From Verrucomicrobiia bacterium (GTDB taxonomy: Bacteria; Verrucomicrobiota; Verrucomicrobiia; Limisphaerales; JADJPG01), in NCBI GenBank assembly GCA_035715125.1, contig DASTLJ010000484.1, forward strand, positions 1-41,113: a stretch of 41,113 nucleotides of DNA. The letters run 5' to 3'. Below, one piece after another: positions 34,128-41,113 of the stretch. How positions within the stretch are numbered: the stretch's first letter is position 1; each line of letters opens with the position of its first letter. The notes under the pieces were generated by a model that worked only from the letters and a program-made list of their open reading frames with translations, had not been told where the DNA came from and made no database searches. The translations under genes were made by a program, and so were the position numbers.

Positions 34128-34444
34128 GGTGCCAAACCAATAAAGCTTCCGCGCGCGTCTGGCAACCACTCCAGTGAACCGGGCGGGAGAAATCGGGCAG
34201 CCTGTTCGCGCGCTTCGGCCATCAGGCGCTCCAGACCATAAGCTCGCAAGGGGTTTTGGGCCAGCAGGCGTTCGGCGTGTTCGACTCGCGCCGCGTGCTG
34301 CACGGGGAGTTGGGGAGCGTCCGACCGCGCGTCTCGTTTCACAGCCAACATCCCGCTGGTAATGGCACAGGTGATGCCTTGCGCCCGGGCGCGGGTGACC
34401 AGCCCTTCGTAGAAGCGTTCGAGTTCGGCATAGCCCAATGGCAC
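34124..34444 (-). CDS. hypothetical protein (106 aa)
   Basis: GTG start. (M)PLGYAELERFYEGLVTRARAQGITCAITSGMLAV.... First gene of a three-gene overlapping set. May instead be the 5' part of one frameshifted gene together with 33906..34127. Confidence 0.45.
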   Translation of the reverse strand: MPLGYAELERFYEGLVTRARAQGITCAITSGMLAVKRDARSDAPQLPVQHAARVEHAERLLAQNPLRAYGLERLMAEAREQAARFLPPGSLEWLPDARGSFIGLAP

Positions 34445-34544
34445 GGGGAGTTGTTAGCGGCACGCGCGCCGTTCGTCGAGAACAAGGCGCGGGGCGTTGG
34501 GGATTGGAAGAATGGAGTGCTGGAGTGATGGGGTAATTCTTTTC

Positions 34545-34724
34545 AACCACGAATGGACACGAATCCACACGAATAGAAGCGGGCGCGAGATCAGCGCTCG
34601 GCCATGCAATGGTCATGGACGCAAGGGCCGGAATGCGGCTGGCGGCTCGCGCCAGCGTTGATTCGTGTCCATTCGTGTTCATTCGTGGTTAAAGTCCGCT
34701 GTCCGGAATTACGCGTGGATTTGG
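34545..34724. repeat. palindrome with decamer-array arms (CACGAATGGA family) plus 34-nt conserved 3' extension
   Basis: Left arm aaccacgaatggacacgaatccacacgaat. Right arm attcgtgtccattcgtgttcattcgtggtt (34661-34690). Extension aaagtccgctgtccggaattacgcgtggatttgg is shared with 21961..22015. Confidence 0.85.
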
Positions 34725-34774
34725 GGGCGGCAAATCGCGTTGCGTGCCGGCCAGCGCTGGTGAACAGTTGGCCC

Positions 34775-36709
34775 GTGCAACTTCTCGATGTGCTTCGCGC
34801 CTCCAGACGTTCCGCGGCGCTGGCCGTAATCTTCGTTCTGCTCGCAAGTATCGCGGAGGGCGCGGCCCAGGAGACGGACCCCAGGCTTCTTCGCCTGCTG
34901 GGCAAGCGGCGGCTGGCTCAGATCGAATCGGCCAATGGGTTCACCGCGTTTCACCAGTTCCAATTCACCGACAACGTGAAATCCAGCGGCATCACGTTCG
35001 AGCATCATATCGTCGAGGACGCCGGAAAAAACTGGCAGCCGGCCCACTACGATCACGGCAACGGCCTGGCTGTGGCCGACGTGGACGGCGACGGGCGGCT
35101 GGACCTTTACTTCGTGTCGCAGCTTGGCTCGTGCGCGCTCTGCCGCAACCTTGGCGGCGGGAAGTTCGAAGATATCACCGACAAGGCCGGTGTTGCGCTC
35201 ACCGATAAAGTGGGTGTCGCCGCGTCGTTTGGCGACATCGACAACGATGGGGATCCCGATTTGTTCGTCACGACGGTGCGGCACGGGAACCATCTGTTCG
35301 AGAACCTCGGCGGCGGGCGCTTCCGGGACGTGACGAAGGAGTCGGGCCTGGATTACTCAGGCCACTCCTCGGCCAGTGTCTTCTTCGACTACGACCGCGA
35401 CGGCCTTCTGGATCTGTTCGTGTGCAACGTGGGCGTCTACACCGAGCCGGACCGCAAGGGCCCGGGCGGTTTTTATCGCGCGCTGACGAACGCCTTCCAC
35501 GGCCATACATTTCCCGAGCGCACCGAATTCAGCCTTCTCTATCACAACGAGGGCGGGCGGAAGTTCAAGGAAGTCTCGCGCGACCTGAACCTGCGCGATG
35601 GCTACTGGACCGGCGAAGCGACCGTGTGCGACGTGAATGCCGACGGCTGGCCCGATCTCTACGTCGTCAACATGCAAGGCGACGACCACCTTTACGAGAA
35701 CGACGGCGGCAAACGCTTCGTCGAGAGGACCGCGCGTTACTTTCCGAAAACGCCCTGGGGCGCCATGGGCGCGAAGTTTTTCGATTTCAATAACGACGGC
35801 CAGCTCGATCTTTTTGTGACTGACATGCACTCGGACATGACCGACGGGCAGGGCGCGGCGGCGTTCGACTTCTCGCTGGCTCCCGAAAAGTCCAAGAGCG
35901 AGAAATGGTGCACCGCGCAGTGGACCGACGAATTCCTTCAAGGCGCATCCAACAACATATTTGGCAACGCATTCTACGTGAACAAGGGCGCCGGGCGCTT
36001 CGAGGAGGCGTCGGAAGCGCTCGGACTTGAAACCTACTGGCCGTGGGGGCCAAGCGTGGGCGACCTGAACGCAGACGGCTTTGAGGACATTTTCATCACC
36101 GCCGGCATGGGGCACCCGTTTCGCTATGGCAACAACACCGTGGCGCTCAACGAAGGGGGCAAGCGTTTCTTCGACGCGGAGTTCGCGCTCGGCGTCGAGC
36201 CGCGCGCCAACGGCCGGTGCGAAAAGGTCTGCTTCACCCTGGACTGTGACGGCGCGGACAAGACGCACAAATACTGCGCGGGCCACACGGGCGTTCATCC
36301 GGTCATGGCGCCCCTCAGCACGCGCTCGGCGGCCATTTTCGACCTCGACGACGACGGCGACCTCGACATCGTCACCGCCGAGTTCAACGACCGTCCACAG
36401 GTGCTCGTAAGCGACCTCAGCACCCGGCGTCCAATCCGCTGGCTGAAGCTGAGGCTCGTCGGCACGGCGTCCAACCGCGACGCCGTCGGTGCGATTGTCC
36501 GCGTCCACGCCGGCGGCAAAATGTTCACGCGGTACCAGGACGGCAAGTCCGGCTACCTCTCCCAAAGCGTCATGCCCCTCTACTACGGCCTGGGCGACGC
36601 GACGACCCTCGACAAGATTGAAATCACCTGGCCGAGCGGAAAAAAGGAAACCGTGACTCGGGGATTGGCGATGAACCGGCTGCTCACGCTGAAAGAGCCC
36701 ACGAACTAA
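34775..36709 (+). CDS. CRTAC1-family protein (FG-GAP/VCBS repeats + ASPIC/UnbV domain), secreted
   Basis: Repeated DVDGDGRLDLYF, DIDNDGDPDLFV, DYDRDGLLDLFV, DVNADGWPDLYV, DFNNDGQLDLFV. C-terminal NRDAVGAIVRVHAGGKMFTRYQDGKSGYLSQSVMPLYYGLG...IEITWPSGK. Start placed at GTG 34775 (VQLLDVLRASRRSAALAVIFVLLASIAEGAAQ) because track start 34604 lies inside palindrome 34545..34690. Confidence 0.8.
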   Translation: MQLLDVLRASRRSAALAVIFVLLASIAEGAAQETDPRLLRLLGKRRLAQIESANGFTAFHQFQFTDNVKSSGITFEHHIVEDAGKNWQPAHYDHGNGLAVADVDGDGRLDLYFVSQLGSCALCRNLGGGKFEDITDKAGVALTDKVGVAASFGDIDNDGDPDLFVTTVRHGNHLFENLGGGRFRDVTKESGLDYSGHSSASVFFDYDRDGLLDLFVCNVGVYTEPDRKGPGGFYRALTNAFHGHTFPERTEFSLLYHNEGGRKFKEVSRDLNLRDGYWTGEATVCDVNADGWPDLYVVNMQGDDHLYENDGGKRFVERTARYFPKTPWGAMGAKFFDFNNDGQLDLFVTDMHSDMTDGQGAAAFDFSLAPEKSKSEKWCTAQWTDEFLQGASNNIFGNAFYVNKGAGRFEEASEALGLETYWPWGPSVGDLNADGFEDIFITAGMGHPFRYGNNTVALNEGGKRFFDAEFALGVEPRANGRCEKVCFTLDCDGADKTHKYCAGHTGVHPVMAPLSTRSAAIFDLDDDGDLDIVTAEFNDRPQVLVSDLSTRRPIRWLKLRLVGTASNRDAVGAIVRVHAGGKMFTRYQDGKSGYLSQSVMPLYYGLGDATTLDKIEITWPSGKKETVTRGLAMNRLLTLKEPTN

Positions 36710-37016
36710 AGTTCTGCGGTCTAACCCCAACTCTGCATCAGATTTTTCCCGATGCCTTTGTTCCCGCGAAGTACGGAGCCCATCCAATCGAACGACGGGT
36801 TTGAACCCGGTGTCAAACCCCGCTCTGTAATGATGTAGGGTATCGCGGGCTGCGACTTGCGCGCTCCTCTTTCCGTTGCGTCAAACAGAAGGAATGGGTG
36901 TGAGGGCCAGCCGTTCGGTTCCTGACTCTTGCGGCGCAAATAAACAAACAGGGAAACAGGGATAGACAAGCTGGCTGAAAAGCCAGGAGTAAAAACAGAA
37001 AGGTGGTGAGAGTGTA

Positions 37017-37256
37017 ATGTTAAAGATAAATGAGACAGTTGCCGGGTATGATTTGGCTGAGTTGCTCCACGGTGAATCCGGGATCTTCGAGGCCACTTCG
37101 CCTGTCGGTGAGAAGTTCCAGTGCGTTTGTCGTGCAGGTGCTTCCATCAGTAATCTGCGCCCGATCACGGCACACACTGCGCCGGATTCACAGCAAAAGG
37201 CGTGGCGGGCACGGAAAATCGGCGAGCTACGGCTCGAACAACAAACAGTTGGTTAA
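37017..37256 (+). CDS. small ORF (79 aa) of doubtful status
   Basis: Preceded by the purine-rich aaaggtggtgagag. MLKINETVAGYDLAELLHGESGIFEATSPVGEKF... vaguely resembles the first beta-strands and G-loop of a Ser/Thr kinase. Sits in a 776-nt gene-poor, lower-G+C gap. Confidence 0.25.
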   Translation: MLKINETVAGYDLAELLHGESGIFEATSPVGEKFQCVCRAGASISNLRPITAHTAPDSQQKAWRARKIGELRLEQQTVG

Positions 37257-37485
37257 CCTCAACCCGCGGGGCGGAGTGTTCGCGCATTCCGCCACCGCGT
37301 TTGCGGCCCCTTAATCCTCCATTGGCGCCGCGTACCCCGCGCGCCAATCGGCGCGTGCGCGCAATGGGCGAATCCGCCGGGGCGCACCCGATCGATTCAA
37401 TTGCCTCCCCTCTTCTTTGTGTTTGTTTCCTTGAGGTCCTCTGGCACGATGTTTCCGCGCGCCGGTCTGAATTCGGCCTGCTCAG

Positions 37486-38868
37486 ATGGACAAAAACGCC
37501 CTTTGCCTCAGCTTGCTCAACGGCCAGTTCAAAGCGGCTGCGATGCGCAAGGGCGCCATCGCCGGCACCTGGGAGCGCGCCGAGCCGCTGGAGGACCTGG
37601 CTGGCCTGGGCCCAGTGCTCCGGGAAGCGGGTGAGCGCACCCGGCCCGCCAGCCGGCGCGTGGCCCTCGTGCTGGCGCATCCGCGACTGAGCCACCAGAT
37701 TGTTGAAGTGCCGCCGGCCCGCGGCTGGGCCGTGGAGCGTTTTCTGGAACGCCGCGTGCAAACCATCAAGCCGTTCGAAGGCCAGGCGGCGTGGAGTTCG
37801 CAGCCCGCGTTGCCCACCCGTAACGCCAATGCCCGCCTCGTTGATTTGCTGCCCAAAGACGTCGTGGAGCAGATCGGCCAGGGCTGTGCCGCGGCCGGCC
37901 TGCAATTGGAGCGCATCATCCCCGCCACCGCCGTGCTCAGCGCTCAATTGCGGGAGCTGCCGCTGGAGAAGGACGAAGTGGCGCTCCTGGCGGCGGTGAC
38001 CGGCCCAACGACCACGGTGGTCATCGGCCGGCGCGATGGCCGCGTGTGTCTGGCCCGCGTGTTAAGCAGCACATGGAGCACACAGCCCGAGCGGGTGGCG
38101 ATGGACCTTACGCGCACCGTCGGGTTCGTGAACCAGCAGTCGGGCCTGTCGGTCAGCAGCGCCTGGCTATTCGGCGCCGGCGCCGAGATGGAAGTGACTT
38201 ATCTGTCCTCCGCGCTCAAAATGCCCGTCCGGCTCAGCCCCGTACCTGCTTCGCCTTTCTATTGGGCCGAACAGGCTCTCAAGCTGCCGGTCAAAGACGA
38301 CGGCAATTTGGTCAGCCGTGAGGCGCGGGAAGCGCCGCTACGCCGTCGCATGCTGGCGGTGACGGCGGCGGTCGTGGTGCTCGTGCTCGTAGCGTCGCTG
38401 GCCGGCGCCGGCTTTCTCGAAGTGCTGCGCCGCAATGAACTGGACACCATCGCTGCGCTCGACTCCGACATTGCCAAGCTCCAGAGGCGCGTGCGGGATC
38501 TGGAACAGCGCGAGGCGCAGCTCAAGAGCAAACGCGAACTGGTCGAATTCGTGCGCGAAGGAACGCTGCCGCCGGTGCCCGGTTGGTTTCTCGGTTACGT
38601 CAGCGAAGCGGTGCCTCAAACGCTGGTCCTCACCCAGCTTCGGGTCGCGCGCACCAACGATCAATGGCTGGTAAATCTTGCGGGCACGCTCCATCCCACG
38701 ACCAACGCCGCTCCGTCTACGATCTTGCGCCAGGCCGTGACGACCTTGACCAACGAGCTGGCCACGGGTCCGTTTCATTTGAAGATCCACCAAAGCAACA
38801 TCGACGACGCTCCCGCCCAGCCCGCAGGCCCTAAGCATCAGTTCTCGATCGAGGGGGTTGCGCAGTGA
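37486..38868 (+). CDS. PilM-like / PilN-like fusion protein (pilus assembly platform), inferred from architecture
   Basis: About 290-aa cytoplasmic domain, one TM (MLAVTAAVVVLVLVASLAGAGFL), a coiled coil (IAKLQRRVRDLEQREAQLKSKRELVEF), then about 100 aa periplasmic. Followed by PilO/P/Q-like genes. No strong sequence motif recognised. Confidence 0.5.
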   Translation: MDKNALCLSLLNGQFKAAAMRKGAIAGTWERAEPLEDLAGLGPVLREAGERTRPASRRVALVLAHPRLSHQIVEVPPARGWAVERFLERRVQTIKPFEGQAAWSSQPALPTRNANARLVDLLPKDVVEQIGQGCAAAGLQLERIIPATAVLSAQLRELPLEKDEVALLAAVTGPTTTVVIGRRDGRVCLARVLSSTWSTQPERVAMDLTRTVGFVNQQSGLSVSSAWLFGAGAEMEVTYLSSALKMPVRLSPVPASPFYWAEQALKLPVKDDGNLVSREAREAPLRRRMLAVTAAVVVLVLVASLAGAGFLEVLRRNELDTIAALDSDIAKLQRRVRDLEQREAQLKSKRELVEFVREGTLPPVPGWFLGYVSEAVPQTLVLTQLRVARTNDQWLVNLAGTLHPTTNAAPSTILRQAVTTLTNELATGPFHLKIHQSNIDDAPAQPAGPKHQFSIEGVAQ

Positions 38869-38885
38869 ACAAGAAATGAGCAGAC

Positions 38886-39009
38886 GAAACCACGGATGGA
38901 CACAGATGAACACAGATAAGAGAGAGTTGAGAAGGGACCCAAGTTCACTGTTCCAGGAAGGCGCTTCAGCCGATCCTATCCGTGTGCATCTGTGTCCATC
39001 TGTGGTTTC
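38886..39009. repeat. second copy of the 14957..15077 palindrome family
   Basis: Left arm gaaaccacggatggacacagatgaacacagat. Right arm atccgtgtgcatctgtgtccatctgtggtttc. Three mismatches between the arms. The flank agaatggaaaccac is shared with the first copy. Confidence 0.9.
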
Positions 39010-39046
39010 CATTCTGTCATTCAAATCCAGCCGCCGCTTTTAGAGG

Positions 39047-39661
39047 ATGAACGGGACCGCTTCACCCACACCTTCCCCGCCGCCGCTGCCGCGTCCAATG
39101 GTCCGCGGTGTGCTGATTCGTGTGGCAGTGGTCGTCGTGCTGGCCGGAGCGATCCTGCTGCCGGTATGGAGTTGGAAGCGCCTGCAGCCGGTCAGCCGGC
39201 AGCGGGCCGCCGCCGCCGCCCAGCAAATGCGACTCAACAACGAAGCCGACGGGTTGGAGCGGCGCTGGGACCCCGCCCAGGCCGAGCGCGTCGAGGCGCA
39301 GCTCAAACAAGTTCTGGAACGGCTCTTCGCCAGCCCTGAGGAACTCATGGAATGGCAAACCGAACTGGATCGCCAGACGCGCCAGCATGAGATCGAGGTG
39401 ACCTCGCGCCTCGGCGCGACGGAAACCCGCTCCAGGGACGGGCACACGCTGGCCGTGCGCCCGGCGACCATCGAACTCCTCCCGACCGCGGCCGGCCGCT
39501 CGACCAATTCGTCGTACCAGAGGCTGCTCGGCTTCACTCGCACGCTGGCAAACATGAACCGGCGGATTGATCTGGTCGAATTGTCCGTCACCGGCCGCTC
39601 CAATTCCGTCGAACAAGCCCGGGCCACCGTCCAACTTTGGTCGCGGGAGGCGCAACCGTGA
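39047..39661 (+). CDS. PilO-like pilus assembly protein (TM + coiled coil + periplasmic domain)
   Basis: VLIRVAVVVVLAGAILLPVW is the TM, then a helical region. The gagg at 39043-39046 abuts the ATG (no spacer, so at best a weak SD). Call rests on position in the cluster. Confidence 0.45.
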   Translation: MNGTASPTPSPPPLPRPMVRGVLIRVAVVVVLAGAILLPVWSWKRLQPVSRQRAAAAAQQMRLNNEADGLERRWDPAQAERVEAQLKQVLERLFASPEELMEWQTELDRQTRQHEIEVTSRLGATETRSRDGHTLAVRPATIELLPTAAGRSTNSSYQRLLGFTRTLANMNRRIDLVELSVTGRSNSVEQARATVQLWSREAQP

Positions 39662-40245
39662 AACTCTTGCGCAATCCAGTCGCCGTGACGGTGCTCGCGG
39701 TGCTGGCTGTGGCCGTGATGGCCGTCCAATTCTGGCCGATGCTGCGCCCGCGCTTCGCGCGCTCTTCGCCGCCGCCGCCCCCACCCACGCCTGCTGTGAT
39801 CCCGAGCAAGCCAGCCAAGCCTGCAAAACCGCCGGCCGACTCGCCCGTGCCGTCACAGGGGCCGGCGGCCACCGTCGAAATTGGCGTGCTCGAAACCAAT
39901 GCCTTGCGTTGGGCCGAGGCGCCGCGGAACGACCCTTTCAAAGTCCGCTTCTATGTCGGCAGCGCGCAGGGCGCTACCAACCGGACGGCCATGGAGGCGC
40001 TCACCCTGAACGCCATCTGGCAGCAGACTGACGGTGCTCCCCTGGCAGTCATCAATAACCGGCTTCTCAGCGAAGGGGACGTCATTCTTGAATTCAAGAT
40101 CACCACCATCGAGCCGGACCGCGTGTGGGTCGATGGTCCCAACGGACGCGAGCCTGTTCGCTTCAAACTTCCGACTCCCCTCGGCGATGCGGGCGAGATT
40201 AAACTTGAGAAGGAAGTCCGGGTCACTCCCAAATCGGTTCCGTGA
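39658..40245 (+). CDS. PilP-like pilus assembly protein
   Basis: GTG 39658 overlaps the upstream TGA (GTGA). TM VAVTVLAVLAVAVMAV, Pro-rich linker, NDPF motif (PilP-type RDPF), then LTLNAIWQQTDGAPLAVINNRLLSEGDVI. Confidence 0.45.
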   Translation: MKLLRNPVAVTVLAVLAVAVMAVQFWPMLRPRFARSSPPPPPPTPAVIPSKPAKPAKPPADSPVPSQGPAATVEIGVLETNALRWAEAPRNDPFKVRFYVGSAQGATNRTAMEALTLNAIWQQTDGAPLAVINNRLLSEGDVILEFKITTIEPDRVWVDGPNGREPVRFKLPTPLGDAGEIKLEKEVRVTPKSVP

Positions 40246-40316
40246 CTCACGTCTGAACGTTCATCCGGAGAAATGTCTTATGCATCTGATGCTCCCTGTT
40301 GTGCCACGACTCCAAA

Positions 40317-40340
40317 GTAGGGCAGGCGTCTCGCCTGGCC
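40317..40340. repeat. partial copy (left terminal hairpin only) of the 102-bp MITE-like element
   Basis: ccaaa-gtagggcaggcgtctcgcctggcc matches 27982-28010 including the 5' flank ccaaa. No right terminus follows. Confidence 0.7.
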
Positions 40341-40486
40341 CGGCCGCGAAGCGGCCCGCTGGCGATGCGCCTTCGGGGCTGCTCCGCATTCCCAAAGGGA
40401 TTCGAGCATGGGATTTCCGCAAGGCATTAACTTTAGACAGATATGACCGCCCCCGCTCCGCTTCGCAGCGGCTCATCCTCGCGTTG

Positions 40487-41113
40487 ATGGCCTGTTGTCT
40501 CGCGTTGCAGGCGGGCGCCGCTGAGACCGCCGATTCCGCGCCTCAGACCGCGACTGCCCCGGCGGCGACACCGAACAAGAATGCGTTGGATTTGCTCCGC
40601 AGCATTACCCATCCGCCCATGCCCCGCTTCGAATCCTGGCCCAAGCCCCCGCTGCTTCCGCCGATCACGAACGCCCCGGCTCCGGCCACGCAAGCTGAAA
40701 AGGCGCCCGTCGCTCAAGCAGCCGGCGACAAGACGCTGTTCTCCTTTCGCGCCGAAAACCTGGAGATGAAGTCCGCCCTGGCGCTCTTCGCCCGCGCCAA
40801 CAACCTGAACATCGTTCCCGACCTGGACGTGACGGGCGCGGTCACACTCGACGTGCGCGGCCTGTCGCTGGAGCGACTGATGCAGGCCCTGCTCGAAGCG
40901 CACGACCTGGCATGGACGGAAGAGGGCGGGCTGATTCGCGTGCGGGCGACTCAGACGCGGAACTTCGTCATCGATTATTTGCGGATGACCCGGGAAGGGC
41001 AGGGATCCAGTTTGGTGACTCTCTCGTCCTCCAGCACGTCGGGTGGCGGCGCCGGCGGAGGTGCTGGCGGAGGCGCCGGCGGGGGAGCGGGCGGCGGGGC
41101 GGGTGGCGGGGGC
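40487..41113 (+). CDS. secretin, PilQ/GspD-like (N-terminal part; runs off the right edge)
   Basis: Absent from the ORF track because there is no stop in the window. FSFRAENLEMKSALALFARANNLNIVPDLDVTGAVTLDVRGLSLERLMQALLEAHDLAWTEEGGLIRV is a secretin/STN-type N-terminal domain pattern. Signal-like ..RLILALMACCLALQAGAAE. Start uncertain (see C5-tract finding); 40487 is the first in-frame ATG downstream of the partial REP copy (40317..40340). Confidence 0.6.
   Translation, partial: MACCLALQAGAAETADSAPQTATAPAATPNKNALDLLRSITHPPMPRFESWPKPPLLPPITNAPAPATQAEKAPVAQAAGDKTLFSFRAENLEMKSALALFARANNLNIVPDLDVTGAVTLDVRGLSLERLMQALLEAHDLAWTEEGGLIRVRATQTRNFVIDYLRMTREGQGSSLVTLSSSSTSGGGAGGGAGGGAGGGAGGGAGGGG
41042..41113 (+). 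repeat. GGN/GCN low-complexity tract encoding a Gly/Ala linker in the secretin
   Basis: ggtggcggcgccggcggaggtgctggcggaggcgccggcggggga... encodes GGGAGGGAGGGAGGGAGGGAGGGG and runs to the window end. Confidence 0.8.

Noticed and set aside
33906-34682. 258-aa minus-strand ORF treated as one gene.
   Set aside because: Only its last 73 codons look protein-like. The upstream part is Arg/Pro/Gly-rich and overlaps both the better 34124..34444 ORF and the palindrome 34545..34690.
34687-34700. aaagtccg string reminiscent of the RNase P RNA P4 helix (GGAAAGUCCGG).
   Set aside because: It is part of the repeated extension module also present at 21983-21996, and the surrounding sequence has none of the other RNase P conserved regions.
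36797-36820. tRNA-like T-arm (gggtttgaaccc) or other small RNA gene after the CRTAC1-like gene.
   Set aside because: It forms only a simple 8-bp hairpin (gggtttga/tcaaaccc). There is no cloverleaf, no GTTCGAATC-type loop with a 5-bp stem and no acceptor/CCA context. I saw no tRNA anywhere in the window.

Overview
High-G+C bacterial chromosomal window. Hand counts of typical coding lines give about 65-70% G+C. The gene content points to the PVC superphylum, most likely Verrucomicrobiota (inference): an H-X9-DG pseudopilin, a DUF1501 protein, a futalosine-pathway radical-SAM enzyme, a BatA_N+VWA protein, a CRTAC1/ASPIC protein and REP-like palindromes that translate to strings like [11 protein letters not shown] and GETPALL. 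I support about 39 protein-coding genes, two of them truncated by the window edges and absent from the ORF track (rluE at the left edge, a PilQ-like secretin at the right edge). Content: glucan metabolism (a 1447-aa GH13 + archaeal-type debranching-enzyme fusion and a second GH13), housekeeping genes (POT transporter, GlpQ-like, EVE, PduO-type adenosyltransferase, sugar dehydrogenase, cobB, rlmM, thiS, mqnC/E), a Ycf46-like AAA+ ATPase, a tight pseudopilin/TPR/pilT block, and a pilM/N-O-P-Q-like block. I found no rRNA, tRNA or CRISPR. The many long ORFs antisense to real genes are high-GC artefacts. The most unusual signal is non-coding. At least 9 gene boundaries carry palindromes whose arms are tandem arrays of 7-10 nt units. 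Several of these exactly fill the stop-to-start spacer between co-directional genes, and a one-armed copy lies in frame at the domain junction of the GH13-GDE fusion. Other points: a 102-bp MITE-like element (2 full copies and 1 partial), an inverted repeat that supplies the glpQ stop codon, a low-GC islet with a transposase-tail fragment, a C5 tract that separates an ATG from the secretin signal peptide, and several translationally coupled small genes of unknown function. No canonical defence or biosynthetic system is recognisable. All function calls rest on motifs read by eye and recalled family knowledge, not on searches.
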